From Trypanosoma brucei (Eukaryota), in the NCBI GenBank assembly GCA_000002445.1, contig CM000208.1, forward strand, positions 2,816,001-2,880,000: DNA of 64,000 nucleotides, written 5' to 3'. The position numbers and the translations under genes are program-made. Positions 30,894-42,690 of the stretch are shown here, piece after piece. The stretch's first letter is position 1. Each line of letters starts with the position of its first letter. The notes beneath the pieces are model-generated. The model saw nothing but the letters and a program-made list of their open reading frames with translations, had not been told where the DNA came from and searched no databases.

Positions 30894-31212
30894 GCGCACC
30901 GGTCGAAGCATACAGTTTTTTTCACCCCCTTTCGCGGGCATATCTATTGTTATCATCACCTCACTTCCTCCGTTCTTTGTGGTTGCCGCTGGTAACTGGT
31001 ATATTATGTGTGGGTTTCGTATAGTTTCTGTTATGGAGATCTAAATTAGTGAGGCAGTATGGTATGGGATCGCGCAGCCCTTGTGTGGATGCTCTCTTGC
31101 TCTTGCATGATTCCCCAATTTTCCTGTGTATCGTTACCACTCTCTCGTGAGACGCATTTTTTATTTTTCGTTTGTTGCGGTACAAAAGATATTAAGGCAA
31201 AAAAGAGTGTAT

Positions 31213-31860
31213 ATGCGTCCGTTAACGGAGGAAGAGACAAAAAAGCTGTTTGACAAGCTTGCACAATACATTGGACCGAACACTGCCCACCTGCTTCAGC
31301 AGAAGGGAACCAAATCGGCTGGTGTTGCTCCTTTCAACAATGGCAAGACCACCGGCAATAATGGGAGCAACGATGATGATGATGGTGATGACGGCGAAGA
31401 ACAAAACTCGCAGCAGACTTATGTCTTCCGTTTGCACAAGAACCGTATTTGGTACATGCCACTGAGGCTGGCCAAACTCGCAAGTTGCGTGGCGAAGTCC
31501 AACTTAATGGGAATTGGTGTTCTCTTCGCTAAGGTCACGCACCACGGTCATGTGCGACTGCAGGTAACGGCGTTAGAATATATTGCACAGTACTCTCTCT
31601 TTAAAGTGTGGTTGAAACCAAGTCAAGAGCAGAAGTTTCTGTATGGTGGCCACGTCACGCGTGCCGGTTTGGGTCGTATTACAGAAGCAACACCGCGACA
31701 TCAAAAAGTGGCTGTCTTTTCTATGGGCGATGTACCCCTCGGTTTTGGTGTGGCAGCGCTTGGGACGTTGGAGTGCAGGCGGTGTGAGATGAACAGCACC
31801 GTATTATTTCATGAAGCTGATGTTGGCGAGTACTTGCGTAACGAGGCACGCTTGACGTAG
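31213..31860 (+). CDS. NIP7: 60S ribosomal subunit biogenesis protein NIP7 homologue
   Basis: Track start 31126 is GTG; the first ATG is at 31213. MRPLTEEETKKLFDKLAQYIGPN is the conserved NIP7 N-terminus. A PUA-like domain occupies the C-terminus. An inserted Asn/Gly/Asp-rich loop (GNNGSNDDDDGDDGEEQNSQQ) is present. Confidence 0.7.
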   Translation: MRPLTEEETKKLFDKLAQYIGPNTAHLLQQKGTKSAGVAPFNNGKTTGNNGSNDDDDGDDGEEQNSQQTYVFRLHKNRIWYMPLRLAKLASCVAKSNLMGIGVLFAKVTHHGHVRLQVTALEYIAQYSLFKVWLKPSQEQKFLYGGHVTRAGLGRITEATPRHQKVAVFSMGDVPLGFGVAALGTLECRRCEMNSTVLFHEADVGEYLRNEARLT

Positions 31861-32387
31861 CATACCTGTCCGGAGAAGTGAAGAAGAGAAAATAAGTAAT
31901 ACGTGTAACATTTTTTAAGCGCTGTGGGGCCTCTCCCCATCTCCCCCTTTCTCTACCTCTATAAAAATAGGAGGAGAAACTGTGGTGTACTCTCCGTTGT
32001 GATCAAGTGATTTTTGACTTCCACGCACCATCATTTAGAAGCGGCACTTTTCCCTTTTTTTTTTTGGTATTCCCTTCTTTTCAGCCACACGCACGTTGTA
32101 TTAATTCGAACTCTCCGTTAGTGATTGTGTTCGCCTTCTGTGTTTACCAGTTGAAGAAGTTGCTATATTTATTTATTGGTGTAAGTGCACTCCGCAGTGT
32201 GCCCTTGGCGGTGTGCTACATATCGTGGGAGAGTTACGAAGGTCCGAAGAAAACATCTGGAAGGAGATCACAAAATAAAAAAAGGGGGGGAGGTCAAAAG
32301 GAAGCTTGAAAGGTTAGTTCATTCTCCAGTTGCATCCGACGTAACGAGGGAAGAGAGGAGTGCTCACTTTTCTACTCTGTAATACCG

Positions 32388-32687
32388 ATGACAAACACCG
32401 TCAAACACTCAATGGCACGTCTACGCGCAAAGATGTTAGGTGCGGCAAAAATGTTCCCAGATTATAATTTCCGGCATTATTTTGTGCAACACGTTAAGGA
32501 TCAGTTTGTGGCGATGGAAAAATGGGGTGTGGAGGAGCAACGCCGGTTTCTTAGGCAAGAGGGCGCAAAGAAACTGAGCGAAATGAGGCGTATGGCACTT
32601 GTGAACCGTATGTACTCCTCCCAACCCGTGTTTCTGGACGAGCGGGCGGCTTCTAAACCTTCCGTGACGCAAGAAGAAGAAGAGTAA
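32388..32687 (+). CDS. LYR-motif (Complex1_LYR family) protein, ISD11/LYRM-like
   Basis: ATG start, 99 aa. ARLRAKMLGAAKMFPDYNFRHYFVQHVKDQF aligns to the LYR family pattern L-x-x-R-x-x-L ... F-x-x-YN(Y/F)R-x-Y ... R-x-x-(F) (compare ISD11 [29 protein letters not shown]). Confidence 0.6.
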   Translation: MTNTVKHSMARLRAKMLGAAKMFPDYNFRHYFVQHVKDQFVAMEKWGVEEQRRFLRQEGAKKLSEMRRMALVNRMYSSQPVFLDERAASKPSVTQEEEE

Positions 32688-33588
32688 CGGGATGTAATGA
32701 CATTGTCGTGGTTGCATAAGGAATCGTCCGTTGATACCACTTAACTCTTACGGGGCGGCACAAAAATTGGCATGTTGCACTCCATTTCCGGGGGTGGGGG
32801 GTGATTACACAATACATAAATGCTTGTTTTCATGCATTTGAAACCTTCAGCTGAGCGCGGTTCGGGCGTCGTGTTGCAGATTTCTTTTTTTTTTTTTTGT
32901 ACCACATGACTGCCGCACTTTTCTCCCCGTCAGTCCCCAATTTCGTGTAATACAAAAACACTTATGCCTTAACCACAGTTACAGCAAGCGATGCACGTAG
33001 GAGTGAGATGTTGAAGTTGCCGTGTACATCATTGCATTCACCCGTGTATGGGTGTGACGGCGGCTTTGCAGGTCGTCAACTGGTTCTCACGCGGGTTGTC
33101 CATCTTTTTTTATCTTTTTGATTTAGTGCGATGACTGTGATTAGAACCTGGTCAAAAGGAAGGACTTAGCGGTAGTGTTCTGTACCGCATCGCTCTGACC
33201 ACAGATTCCTCCTCGTGGTACAAAGCGAATGAAAAACGAACGGAGTTACCTGTGGGGATTTCTTAATCTGTATCGTTTTATTCTTACTTTTTTGATTCCT
33301 TCATAATTCCTACTTTCCACCCTGTTTGTTGGCCCCGCATTCATACTTGGGCTAACGTTTGGGTGTTAATCCTTGCTTTTCTCCACACGAACTCACACAT
33401 GCGAGGAAAGAGCGCTAGGCGCAAGTAGACAAGCAATTCACACGAACATATATACATATATATATATATATATTTGTATATACTACATTCAACTGCAGTT
33501 GTTGCGACGGGGCGGCATAGTTTCTGGTAGTACTTTGCTCCCATCATTTGAGGGGACATAACCAAACACACGTGGCGCGTTCAGATAA

Positions 33589-34020
33589 ATGTTACTCGAT
33601 TTCATTTTCAGTCACCTGCGGGATATGGTTCTTTGGGTAGTTATTTTCTCACTCGCTGGTGCGGAACTGGAAAACTACAGCACGGTGATCAGCAATGTGG
33701 CATTCAGTGCACTACTGAGTTTCACTATGCCGATGCAGTTGGCGGAGCTGCGCTCAATGCTGCTGGAATTAGTATTGGGCCCGGACGACGATGGAAAAGT
33801 TGAACGAAATAAGGAAGCAGATGTGGAGGGAAGCCGCAAGTTGAAGGAGATGCTCATGCTCTTGGGTGCCATTATTCTTGGTGCAGTTGTTACGCAGTTG
33901 GATTGGGCGGTGTGGTTTCAGCGCTGGCCTCTCCCTTCTGTTGTGTTGTACTCCATTGTTCGTGCGCTGCTGTATTACTCCGGCAAGACACCAGAGAAGG
34001 TTGATGAAAAGGTGGAATAA
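33589..34020 (+). CDS. small hypothetical membrane protein
   Basis: ATG start, 143 aa, with 3 hydrophobic segments. Weakly supported. Confidence 0.3.
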   Translation: MLLDFIFSHLRDMVLWVVIFSLAGAELENYSTVISNVAFSALLSFTMPMQLAELRSMLLELVLGPDDDGKVERNKEADVEGSRKLKEMLMLLGAIILGAVVTQLDWAVWFQRWPLPSVVLYSIVRALLYYSGKTPEKVDEKVE

Positions 34021-34528
34021 ATACAACAGATAAATACGCATTGCGCATAATTTGCTTAAAAGAAATAGCGGTAACAGTAAAACGTACTTCTCTTTCATTT
34101 TAAAAAATAATAATGGGAAAGTCGGGAAGGGTGCGGTGGGGCGCAAAATTACAGTGAGATTTTCCTGTCATAATATTGATCTTGCATTTACTTCATTACG
34201 AGGTCCTTGGGTGCGCTGACTAACGTTACATGTGTTGTGTCGACGTCATTAATCGTCTTCATTGCCATCCATTTATTCTCCTTCCATTTCTACTCCGCGT
34301 CTACTCAGTTCGTAACTGAACCAATAGTTCGAGCACCGCGGAAGGAAACCACATACCGGATCCAAAGTTGTGGAGACCCAACTGCTCGGTGATCGAAGGT
34401 AATATTGAATGCTTTGCGTGCATAGTCAACCCGTGAGACGGACCACCAGCTTATAAGAACGAGTTGGGAGAGGGGGAGGATAGAGTAGTAGTATTACGGA
34501 GAAGAAGCAGTAACGCTGAAGCTTTTGA

Positions 34529-35698
34529 ATGTCTGTGTGTCCTCCACCATGGACTGGGATGACGGCGGAGGAGATTTCACAGAGGCTTGCGCTACTCACT
34601 TCGCAAACTATTTTACAGCATGACCTGAACCGTAGGTTCACACAACACGCGGTATTTTCAACTGGCTCAGAGGAACTTGACCGGTTGTTGCCCGACGGCG
34701 GGATGACGTGCGGGACAGTCCTGGAGGTGTTTGGTCCGCCATCAGGAGGGAAATCCCGCCTTGTGCGCCGCATGATATCTTCATTTGCGGCACAGGGTGC
34801 GTTAGAGTGGACGACTAGAGGGGTTGATGTGGGAATATGCGACGGCAGCCCATCGAAGGGACTGGAGGTACAGCAAGAATGTCTGAGGGCGAGAGCAGAG
34901 GAATGTTGCAGACCACGTGAGTGGTGTGTTTTCTACGTCTTGTCTGACCCGTCCTCTCTCAATCCCCGTCATTTGCGGGAAGAGCTCGAAAAAGCCCTCC
35001 AGCGTGCAATGTTGTGTGATGTGCACTGCGAGGGTGAGATTGAAAGGCTCCTCGATGACATCATAGGAAGGGTACAAGTGGTGAACTTCGCAACCCTAAA
35101 TGACCTTTTAAACTTCTTCCGTTTTCTGTACCACGAGGAGTATCCGTCGTCTATGCATCATGCTAACCAACGCCGCGCGTTGGTCGTTATCGACAGTGTT
35201 GCTCGCCTTTGGGATCACCCGACATGTGGAGCAACAAAGCATGCGCGGCACTGGGCGGCGGCTGAACTGGTGCGTGAGTTGCGCAATGTTATTATGCTTG
35301 GGAACGGTTGGCGTGGTGAGTATTGTGGTAACATTGACTCGCATCACTTAGATACCGAAGCTGGGAACGTTTTTTGTAGCGTCCAGGCTGCCAATGCGGG
35401 TACCTCTGTTGGTGGTAGTGTGGCGGTTGTTCTCGTTAACGGGTGCACGAACACGCGTTACTGCCACACCGTTGTTGGACCTTTGGGGGTGCCCTTGTGG
35501 TTGGCAGCTGCAGCGGATATTCGTCTTTTCATTGAACCCACATCAACTTCGGGTGATTATCCGCCCACTACCGGCGAGGATGACGATGGCATGTTATGCA
35601 CTCACCAATACGGGGCTGCAAAACACGTATTGGCGGTGCGTGTAGCGAAGGGCAGTGGTTCCTCGGTTCCCCGCGTGGGAAACATCTTTTTACCCTGA
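34529..35698 (+). CDS. RecA-fold ATPase, RAD51-paralogue-like DNA repair protein
   Basis: ATG start, 389 aa. FSTGSEELDRLLPDGGMTCGTVLEVFGPPSGGKSRL matches the Rad51-paralogue pattern (sTG...LD.lLgGG...g.itEifG..gsGKT) with Walker A GPPSGGKS. Walker-B-like hhhhD is present at ALVVIDSVARLW. Confidence 0.55.
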   Translation: MSVCPPPWTGMTAEEISQRLALLTSQTILQHDLNRRFTQHAVFSTGSEELDRLLPDGGMTCGTVLEVFGPPSGGKSRLVRRMISSFAAQGALEWTTRGVDVGICDGSPSKGLEVQQECLRARAEECCRPREWCVFYVLSDPSSLNPRHLREELEKALQRAMLCDVHCEGEIERLLDDIIGRVQVVNFATLNDLLNFFRFLYHEEYPSSMHHANQRRALVVIDSVARLWDHPTCGATKHARHWAAAELVRELRNVIMLGNGWRGEYCGNIDSHHLDTEAGNVFCSVQAANAGTSVGGSVAVVLVNGCTNTRYCHTVVGPLGVPLWLAAAADIRLFIEPTSTSGDYPPTTGEDDDGMLCTHQYGAAKHVLAVRVAKGSGSSVPRVGNIFLP

Positions 35699-36013
35699 TA
35701 AGGCGGTTTCCGTCTACATTTCTTTACAAATGTGTGCAGTTCCCTTCATCGTAGTACTGCAGCCAGTGGCGAAGCGCTAGTTTGATACACTGTGCTTTGT
35801 GTTTATTTCCTTGAAGCGATACTCTCGCAACTGTTGTTAAGGATTTTTATCACCTTTCTTGCGCGACCAACGATAGGTATTACTTTTTGAACAGCTGTTA
35901 GGTACTTTGGTGCGCAGGACGAAGCGAAGAAAAACAAACAAACAAACAAACAAACTAGAACATAATTCCGTTAGACAACCGATAATTTGTAGTTACTTTC
36001 ATTTGTGGTTCTG

Positions 36014-36766
36014 ATGTTAACTATCCGTGTCGGTAACCTACCAGTTTGCCTTTGCTCAAACTTGCGCAACACGTTCAACCCGACTTATGCCTTCGGGGTT
36101 AAGAGGAATGACGGCACGGTGGCACTTCTCGACGGGAAAAGTGGCCACCTACTGCTCCCATTTGATGCGGAGGGGAACATTATCGTCACTCCTGGGGCGG
36201 ATTACCAACTTGTTTTCTTGTCCAACGATTCAACTTCATCCACTGTTCACACAACGCAGGGCCTGGGAAAAGGAGGCACAAACAAAACTAGTCATGATTT
36301 CGAGCTTACAAAGGCCCTTGCAAAGGATGGTTCAATTCACCGGGAGAAGAGGCGTTTAGACGATGGGCGAGCCACCAGTCGTGAGAGGTTTCACAAGGGA
36401 AATGCACACTACTCAGTGAGTGATTCTAAACCCACGAAGAGGCGTAAAAGAGATCATTCCGTAGACAAGGATGCAGTTGTCGAGGCCGAATTCGGTTCTC
36501 AATCGATTAATAAAAAGGAGAGGAGTGTTAAGGCATCTCGTAAAGACTCTAACAGGGAAGATTCTGACGATCCCGATGATATTCCGATATTCTGCACGTT
36601 AGCCGGAAAGCCAACTCCCGCACCCATTTCATCAAATCACACCCCAACAGTTTCTCCCGCTCCGAAGGAAGTTTACCTCGTTGATAATTTTGATCCCACC
36701 ACGAGACCGGCACATTCTGAGGAAGGGGCTCTCGATAGTTCCGCGACGGAGCTCATTTCTTCATAG
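36014..36766 (+). CDS. hypothetical basic/Ser-rich protein
   Basis: Track start 36005 is GTG; the ATG is at 36014; ~250 aa. Lysine- and arginine-rich (KRRKRDHSVDKD). No family assigned. Confidence 0.4.
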   Translation: MLTIRVGNLPVCLCSNLRNTFNPTYAFGVKRNDGTVALLDGKSGHLLLPFDAEGNIIVTPGADYQLVFLSNDSTSSTVHTTQGLGKGGTNKTSHDFELTKALAKDGSIHREKRRLDDGRATSRERFHKGNAHYSVSDSKPTKRRKRDHSVDKDAVVEAEFGSQSINKKERSVKASRKDSNREDSDDPDDIPIFCTLAGKPTPAPISSNHTPTVSPAPKEVYLVDNFDPTTRPAHSEEGALDSSATELISS

Positions 36767-37589
36767 ACAAAAAAAAAAAGACCCGCCTCTCAAGCCAAAC
36801 GGTTGTGTTGGTTTTATTTTGTAAGTTGTGGTTGTCATAGTTGGGATATTGCGTTTTCAGGCGAGGTGGGTGATAAAGAAAAGGGGGAGATTTTGTAATT
36901 TCAAATAAAGTTTCGAGAGCGTTACGGGTGGTTAACATAGAAAGAAAAAAGAGGAGAGAATGAATGCACTACTAAAAAGAATCAGAAGTAAAAGAGCTAA
37001 AGCGCAAATGATAAAAGTCGCCCGTGTACAATCTGTTTTTTTTTTCCAAACGCAGAGGTGGAATATGGTAAGAGGATTTTTCTTTCCTTTTTTTTTTTCG
37101 TCTCGCGACTGCGACAACGGATCGATAATAAGATATGCGGAACTAGCAGTAGAGAAGGCAAATGTCGGAAGAAAAGTGAGAGTGTAAACAAAAAAAGAGG
37201 GCTTTTAAAAAAAAAGATAAAAATATAATAAACAAGGAAATGTAAAAAAAAAAAGAAAAAAACAAACAGAGGGAACAAAAGTGAACCTAAAGAAAAATTG
37301 AAAGGGAAATGTGACATTTTACAAGTTCCGAGTTCTGCATAGCAACAAATGCTCAAACTCCCTTCGGCATGCGCTCAAACATTCACGAATCGTTGTTACG
37401 TTTTTGCTGGCTTTCTCCCGTCGCTTTTTCATTTTGTTTAGTTATATTGTTGGTATTTCTTTTTTTTTTCTATAGCTATTTAGACTTTCTTATTATTGCG
37501 CGTTAGAAAGTTTTTTTTTTCCACCACCCAGACACATCTTTCGCTTTTCTTTTTCTTTTATTTATTTTACACCTTTTCATCAGATACGT

Positions 37590-37613
37590 ATATATATATA
37601 TATATATATATAG
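37590..37613. repeat. (TA)n microsatellite, one of several
   Basis: atatatatatatatatatatat. Similar (AT)n runs occur at ~38130-38155, 25797-25820, 33455-33475, 60399-60420 and 61035-61058. Confidence 0.8.
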
Positions 37614-40400
37614 TTCCCCGTTAATTTTCTTTTTCTTTTTTTGTTATTCGAAATAGTTATATGATAATGTGATATGCTTAAAATAAAAGAAAAAAAGTAG
37701 ATCCACAAATTTAAAATTTAATTTAACTATGATTGTCGTTTTTATCTTGTGTTGATAAAAACGGGGTCGGATGGTGTTTGCGTTTTTGTATATGCCGAAT
37801 AAAACTGCAGAATATATTTATATAAAATATTTATAGTAACAAATTAGCGACTTTTCATCTCACTTCCTCCGATTCTGTTCGCTTTTTTTCGCTGTCTCGT
37901 TATTTATTTACTCATTTACTTTTTTTTTCCTCTCTCCCCTCCCTCCCCTACCCCCTTTCGTATAAAAATATAAATATATTTATAAATGTGTTAGTCTCTG
38001 CGTTTCCTTTTATTACTTTCTCTGTTTTATTTTTCATCTTTCGATGTTTTGGCGTGCAGCTGTAGGTTTTGTGTTTTTTTTATTATCATTAAACTTAATC
38101 ACTATTCTTATTTTTGTATTTTCTTTTAATATATATATATATATATATATATGTTTTAGTTACTAGTGGCTTGCTTTTCTACGTTTCTTTTTGTTTTTTT
38201 TATTTATGAGTCGGGGCGAAGGAAGCGGTGCCTTTCCTTCATTTTACCTCTGAGTTATTAATTTTTTCCCCCCATTTTCCCCCTGCTCTCCGCCTGCCAT
38301 CAGGATCTGGTTTATTATTTTAATTTTCAGCACCATCATCACCGCTATTCCCTTCTTTTTTCTTTTTTTCCTTTTTTCTTTTGACATTTTGTCATATTTT
38401 TGTTGTTTTTGTTGTTTTTGTTGTTAAAAATATGATTTGGCTTTCATGTGTGTCGGCTTCGGTTTCGTAATGAATGCATTACAACATAACCTTCTTATTG
38501 CTTTTCATGCTGGCGTTTGTTTCATTTTGTTTCTTTTTTTTTATTTTTCCTGCGTCGACCTCAATATCCAACCGTCATGTTGCACCTGAGTGGTGGATGA
38601 GGAACAGGACGGTAACAAACAGATAAAAAATAAAAATTAAAATCAACTTCAAAACTTTGTTGAGTTCCCGTTGATGTTTATAAAAATGAATGATGATGAT
38701 GATAATAATAATAATGATAACAAATGCTGTCGCTCTTGTTGTTAATATAACCATTTTTGTTATTGTTAAATTGTTAAGAGGTCAACGATGAGGCAGTGGA
38801 TGATTTTTATTCATATGAACAAATTAAGTTGTTAAAAGTGGCGCCAATGGAAAGTGATTTGAAGGTGTGAAGTAAAGAAAAAGAGAAACAACAGCGGTAA
38901 TAAATACCATTTTTTTCTTTTAAAAAAAGAAAAAAAAAGGTACATACGACATCTGAAAAGGGGGAAGGCATAATCATGATATCAGTAATAATATTAATAT
39001 TACCAACAAGGCAAGAGGCAGGGAAACAAAGGGAGAGAAGGGAGAGGAGAAACATACAAAAGGAAAAAAAAGATAATAATAATAATAACAATAACAATCA
39101 CAATAATAATAATTATTATGTGATGTCTCCTCTTCCTCCTCCGCATTCTCCTTAAATGACACAACCCCTTTATAAAAGGGGGAAAAGAAAGAAAAGAAGA
39201 ATGGTAATTGTGTTTATGTATGTGTGTTTATGAGTTGGAGGGAGGGAGGGGAAAGCGGTATATCAAATGAATAAAATGACAAACCGAAACCGAGCCAAAA
39301 CGAAAGAGGAACGTAAAAAAAAAAGGAGGAGAAATGACAGTAAAGATATGGAGTGTAATAAAACTGAATAGAATGAAACAGAGAGCAAGGAAAAAGAAAA
39401 GGAAAGGAAAAAAGACAGATTGGTAAGGACGACATTTGTTTTGAGGAGCGGCAGTGGGAAATAGCGTGAAAAAGAGAAAAAGAAAAAAAGAAAAGGGAGC
39501 GAGGCGAGTGTTGAAGTGAAATACTGTGGGGTATTTTTGGACACCACGAATGAAACAAAAAGATATGTACACTCAAACATGAAAAAAAAAAGACAAATAC
39601 ATTAAATATGAGGAATACAGAATAGAAGAGATGAATAGAAGATGCGTACCCGGGTGCTCATGACTGGTACGACATTTACATGTTTTGTTTTGTCTTTTTT
39701 AAAATAAATAAATAAATATATATATATTCATGTGGTTGGAATGTATATGGAGTGATGTGGAGGTGTAGTGGTAGTTATGCAGATGGCGAATGCTCACTCG
39801 CAGCAACTGTAATTTGTCTTATGTTTTTACTTTGTTCCTCTTTCATCCTTTTAATTTTTTGGCGAATTCAAGAAGGTGAGGGCGAAGGGAAACAAACAGC
39901 AGGAAATGGGGTGAATTTTGTTGAAAGAAAAAAAAAGTGAATAAAAAGAAGGTAGTGATGCTTACCACTATATATCAGGTTCTTTGCGTCTGATTCAATA
40001 GAAGAAACGGAGAGAAAATTGTGTACAATGTATAATTGCTTTGCATTTTTTATACGCACGCGTGATAACTTGTAGTGCCTCCCCCCTATTCTCTTTTTTT
40101 CCTTTACAAACACAACTCTCTGAACTTAAAAGGGGAAGAGTAGAGACGGAAGCGAGTGCGGAGGCGGATGGTTTTAACATCTAAATACCGTTACTCATAT
40201 TACTTGTGTGAAAGACTTCGCTTTTTTTTTTTTTGTAAAAAATATTTCTCCACCTGAGTTGTAAGTCCATGATGGAACAACGCGTGAGGTGAAAGGAACA
40301 GAGAGGAAGAAAGATAGAGTGGCGGAAACGGACGGTCTTATGATTGTTTCTTTTCCGACGAGTCTTTCACATTAATTCAATCAAATATGCATAACTGAGT

Positions 40401-40506
40401 TCTCTCTCTTTTTTTTTCTTTTTTTCTTTACTTTTCTTAATTCTCCTTCTCCTCTTTCTTCCTTTACAAATTACTATTTTTCTTTGTTTTTGCATGCATT
40501 TCACAG
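40401..40506 (+). promoter_or_regulatory. polypyrimidine tract plus AG dinucleotide: candidate trans-splice acceptor region for the MAP kinase gene
   Basis: tctctctctttttttttctttttttctttacttttcttaattctccttctcctctttcttcctttacaaattactatttttctttgtttttgcatgcatttcacag ends in AG about 30 nt upstream of the ATG at 40535. In trypanosomatids such tracts direct SL trans-splicing and polyadenylation of the upstream gene (established knowledge). Confidence 0.5.
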
Positions 40507-40534
40507 GGATAGGATTACGCTTTAATTATTAATC

Positions 40535-41776
40535 ATGAACCGTAGTTCGAGGAACCTTGCAGAGATGCAGGATGAGATCAACCAGTTGGACGACCGTTAC
40601 AAACTTGAAAAGATAATTGGTGCGGGATCCTATGGTGTCGTCATCCGCGCGAGGGATACCACAACAAACGACCTAGTGGCCATTAAACGCGTCAATAAGG
40701 AAATATTCGAGGAAATAATCCTTGCAAAACGTATTCTTCGCGAAATCAAGCTGTTGGCACACTTTCACCACGATAATATCATTGGACTCCGTAACCTCAT
40801 CACCCCGGCCGACCGCGACAACTATGATTACTTTTATATTGTCATGGATGTAATGGAGACCGACCTGAAGCAAGTGCTCCGAACTGGCCAAAGTCTCACG
40901 GAAGGTCACATACAATATTTCATTTATCAAATCTTACATGCCCTAAACTTCATCCATTCTTCAGGTGTTATTCATCGAGACATCACCCCGGCCAACATTT
41001 TAGTCAATAAAAATTGTGATTTGAAGATATGCGACTTCGGACTTTCCAAAGAGGAGAGTGATCAAGGGGAGCACATGACAGATTATGTTACCATGCGTTG
41101 GTACCGTGCACCGGAGCTGGTGATGGAAGATAAGAGGTATTCCGCACAAATTGATGTGTGGGGAGTTGGAAGTATTCTTGGTGAGTTGCTGGGCGCCCGA
41201 CCCCTGTTTCAGGGAAAAGACCGTGTGAACCAACTGGACAAAATCATTGATGTTATCGGAACTCCATCTGAAGAGGATATAAATTCCATCGGGTCCACTG
41301 CGGCGCAGAAGTATTTAAAAAAGAAGTCATTTCGTCCTGCACCCGATTGGGCCTCCGTATATCCCAGAGCGAGTCCAGAGGCGCTGGACTTATTGCGGCG
41401 GATGTTGGTGTTCCATCCAGACAAGCGCATAACTGTCGCTGAAGCATTAAAACATCCCTTCCTTAGGGATCTGTACGAGGAATCCGATGTACAGGTTAGT
41501 ATCCAGCACTTTAACTTTGATGAAACACAACATAAAACAATTCAGGAGGTAAAGTGGGCGGTGTATGATGAGAGTGTGGCATTTCACAAAAACCACCCCC
41601 GGACAGCACCTAGGCCACAACAACAACAACATTCTGCGCAACAACCCGCCGCTGCTGCATCTCTTCCAACTGTTGATATCGCTGGAGAGTGGCGGTCAGC
41701 GCAACAAACAATTGAGCGGGGCGAGGAGGAATGTGGTGCGGAGCAGTTCGACAAATATGTGGGTTCCGTTGAGTGA
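40535..41776 (+). CDS. mitogen-activated protein kinase (TDY activation-loop type)
   Basis: ATG start, 413 aa. Gly-loop GAGSYGVV and VAIKRV lysine present. HRDITPANILV catalytic loop present. DFGLS present. Activation loop TDYVTMRWYRAPE (T-D-Y) present. WGVGSIL ... DQLDKIIDVIGTP (MAPK insert region) present. C-terminal Gln-rich tail. By gene order this may be the chr10 MAPK of T. brucei; symbol not asserted. Confidence 0.9.
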   Translation: MNRSSRNLAEMQDEINQLDDRYKLEKIIGAGSYGVVIRARDTTTNDLVAIKRVNKEIFEEIILAKRILREIKLLAHFHHDNIIGLRNLITPADRDNYDYFYIVMDVMETDLKQVLRTGQSLTEGHIQYFIYQILHALNFIHSSGVIHRDITPANILVNKNCDLKICDFGLSKEESDQGEHMTDYVTMRWYRAPELVMEDKRYSAQIDVWGVGSILGELLGARPLFQGKDRVNQLDKIIDVIGTPSEEDINSIGSTAAQKYLKKKSFRPAPDWASVYPRASPEALDLLRRMLVFHPDKRITVAEALKHPFLRDLYEESDVQVSIQHFNFDETQHKTIQEVKWAVYDESVAFHKNHPRTAPRPQQQQHSAQQPAAAASLPTVDIAGEWRSAQQTIERGEEECGAEQFDKYVGSVE

Positions 41777-42656
41777 TCAAATTCAGTTGTTAAAAGGGCG
41801 TCTGCGAAAAAAAGAAAATAATAATAATAATAGGAAAATGAAATAAACAAAACAAAACAAAAATAACGAACAAGAAAAAGGAAAGGAAGGAGGAGGAGGA
41901 GGAGGAAAGCTGCAAGAGTGGGTATAAGCACGTGCATGTATGCGTTTGTACGTTTTTTTAAAATTTCGTTTTGTCTCAGGGAAGAGCAGCTTTAATGGGA
42001 TTTCCTCGGCCTGCTTAGCTGATGCTGCGGCGGCCGTATTACGTGAAGGGATGCTAGAAATATGATATAATACGAAGGCCGAGAGGTATATATTGCGTGC
42101 GATGGAATAAAGTGAAGAGAAAGTTGTTGGAGGTGACGGTGCAAAAATTCAAAGCTATCAAATAAAGACTCATCGGGTAAATGGGAAATAAAAACTTAAA
42201 CGAAGAGAAACAAAAGAAAAAAGGGTGGAGGGGAACGTAAATAAGAAACAGATAAGCAGCAACTGACAAAAATATGAAGGTAGGGGTGGTGCGAAAAGAA
42301 AGGAAAAATTTGCCCGTGTGTGTGTGTATGTGTTTAAAGGAACGGGGGTCAAAAGTAAAATAAATCGAATGAATAATTGGGGGAAAAAAGGAAAGGAGAG
42401 GTTAAATGAAACAAAAGGAAGGAAATATGAGCATATGGCTACAAGTATATGATTCTGTCGGTGGAATGAGATGGTTAAGAGGAGTAGAGGAAATAGGGAT
42501 TCTACGGAAAAGTGAGTTGATGGAACGTATGGTAAAGGACTGCGGTGGGTTTCGTATGGTTTTACTTATGAAAAGAAAGTCATTTTACCCTCCTCCTGCT
42601 GTCCCCGACTTGTGTTTGTTGGTTTTGTTTTGTTTTGTTTTGCTCCGATATTTCAT

Positions 42657-42690
42657 TCCCTTCCCTTCCCTTCCCTTCCCTTCCCCTCCT
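42657..42690. repeat. (CCCTT)6 pentanucleotide repeat, preceded by a (GTTTT)n run
   Basis: cccttcccttcccttcccttcccttcccc. ttgttttgttttgttttgttttg lies at ~42620-42645. Confidence 0.8.

Noticed and set aside
39214-39580. Three overlapping minus-strand ORFs of 105-120 aa rich in F/L/S, and similar ORFs at 36997..37356 and 43677..44280
   Set aside because: They are translations of poly-T/poly-A and AG-rich simple sequence in an AT-rich intergenic block, on the strand opposite to all real genes. Not coding.
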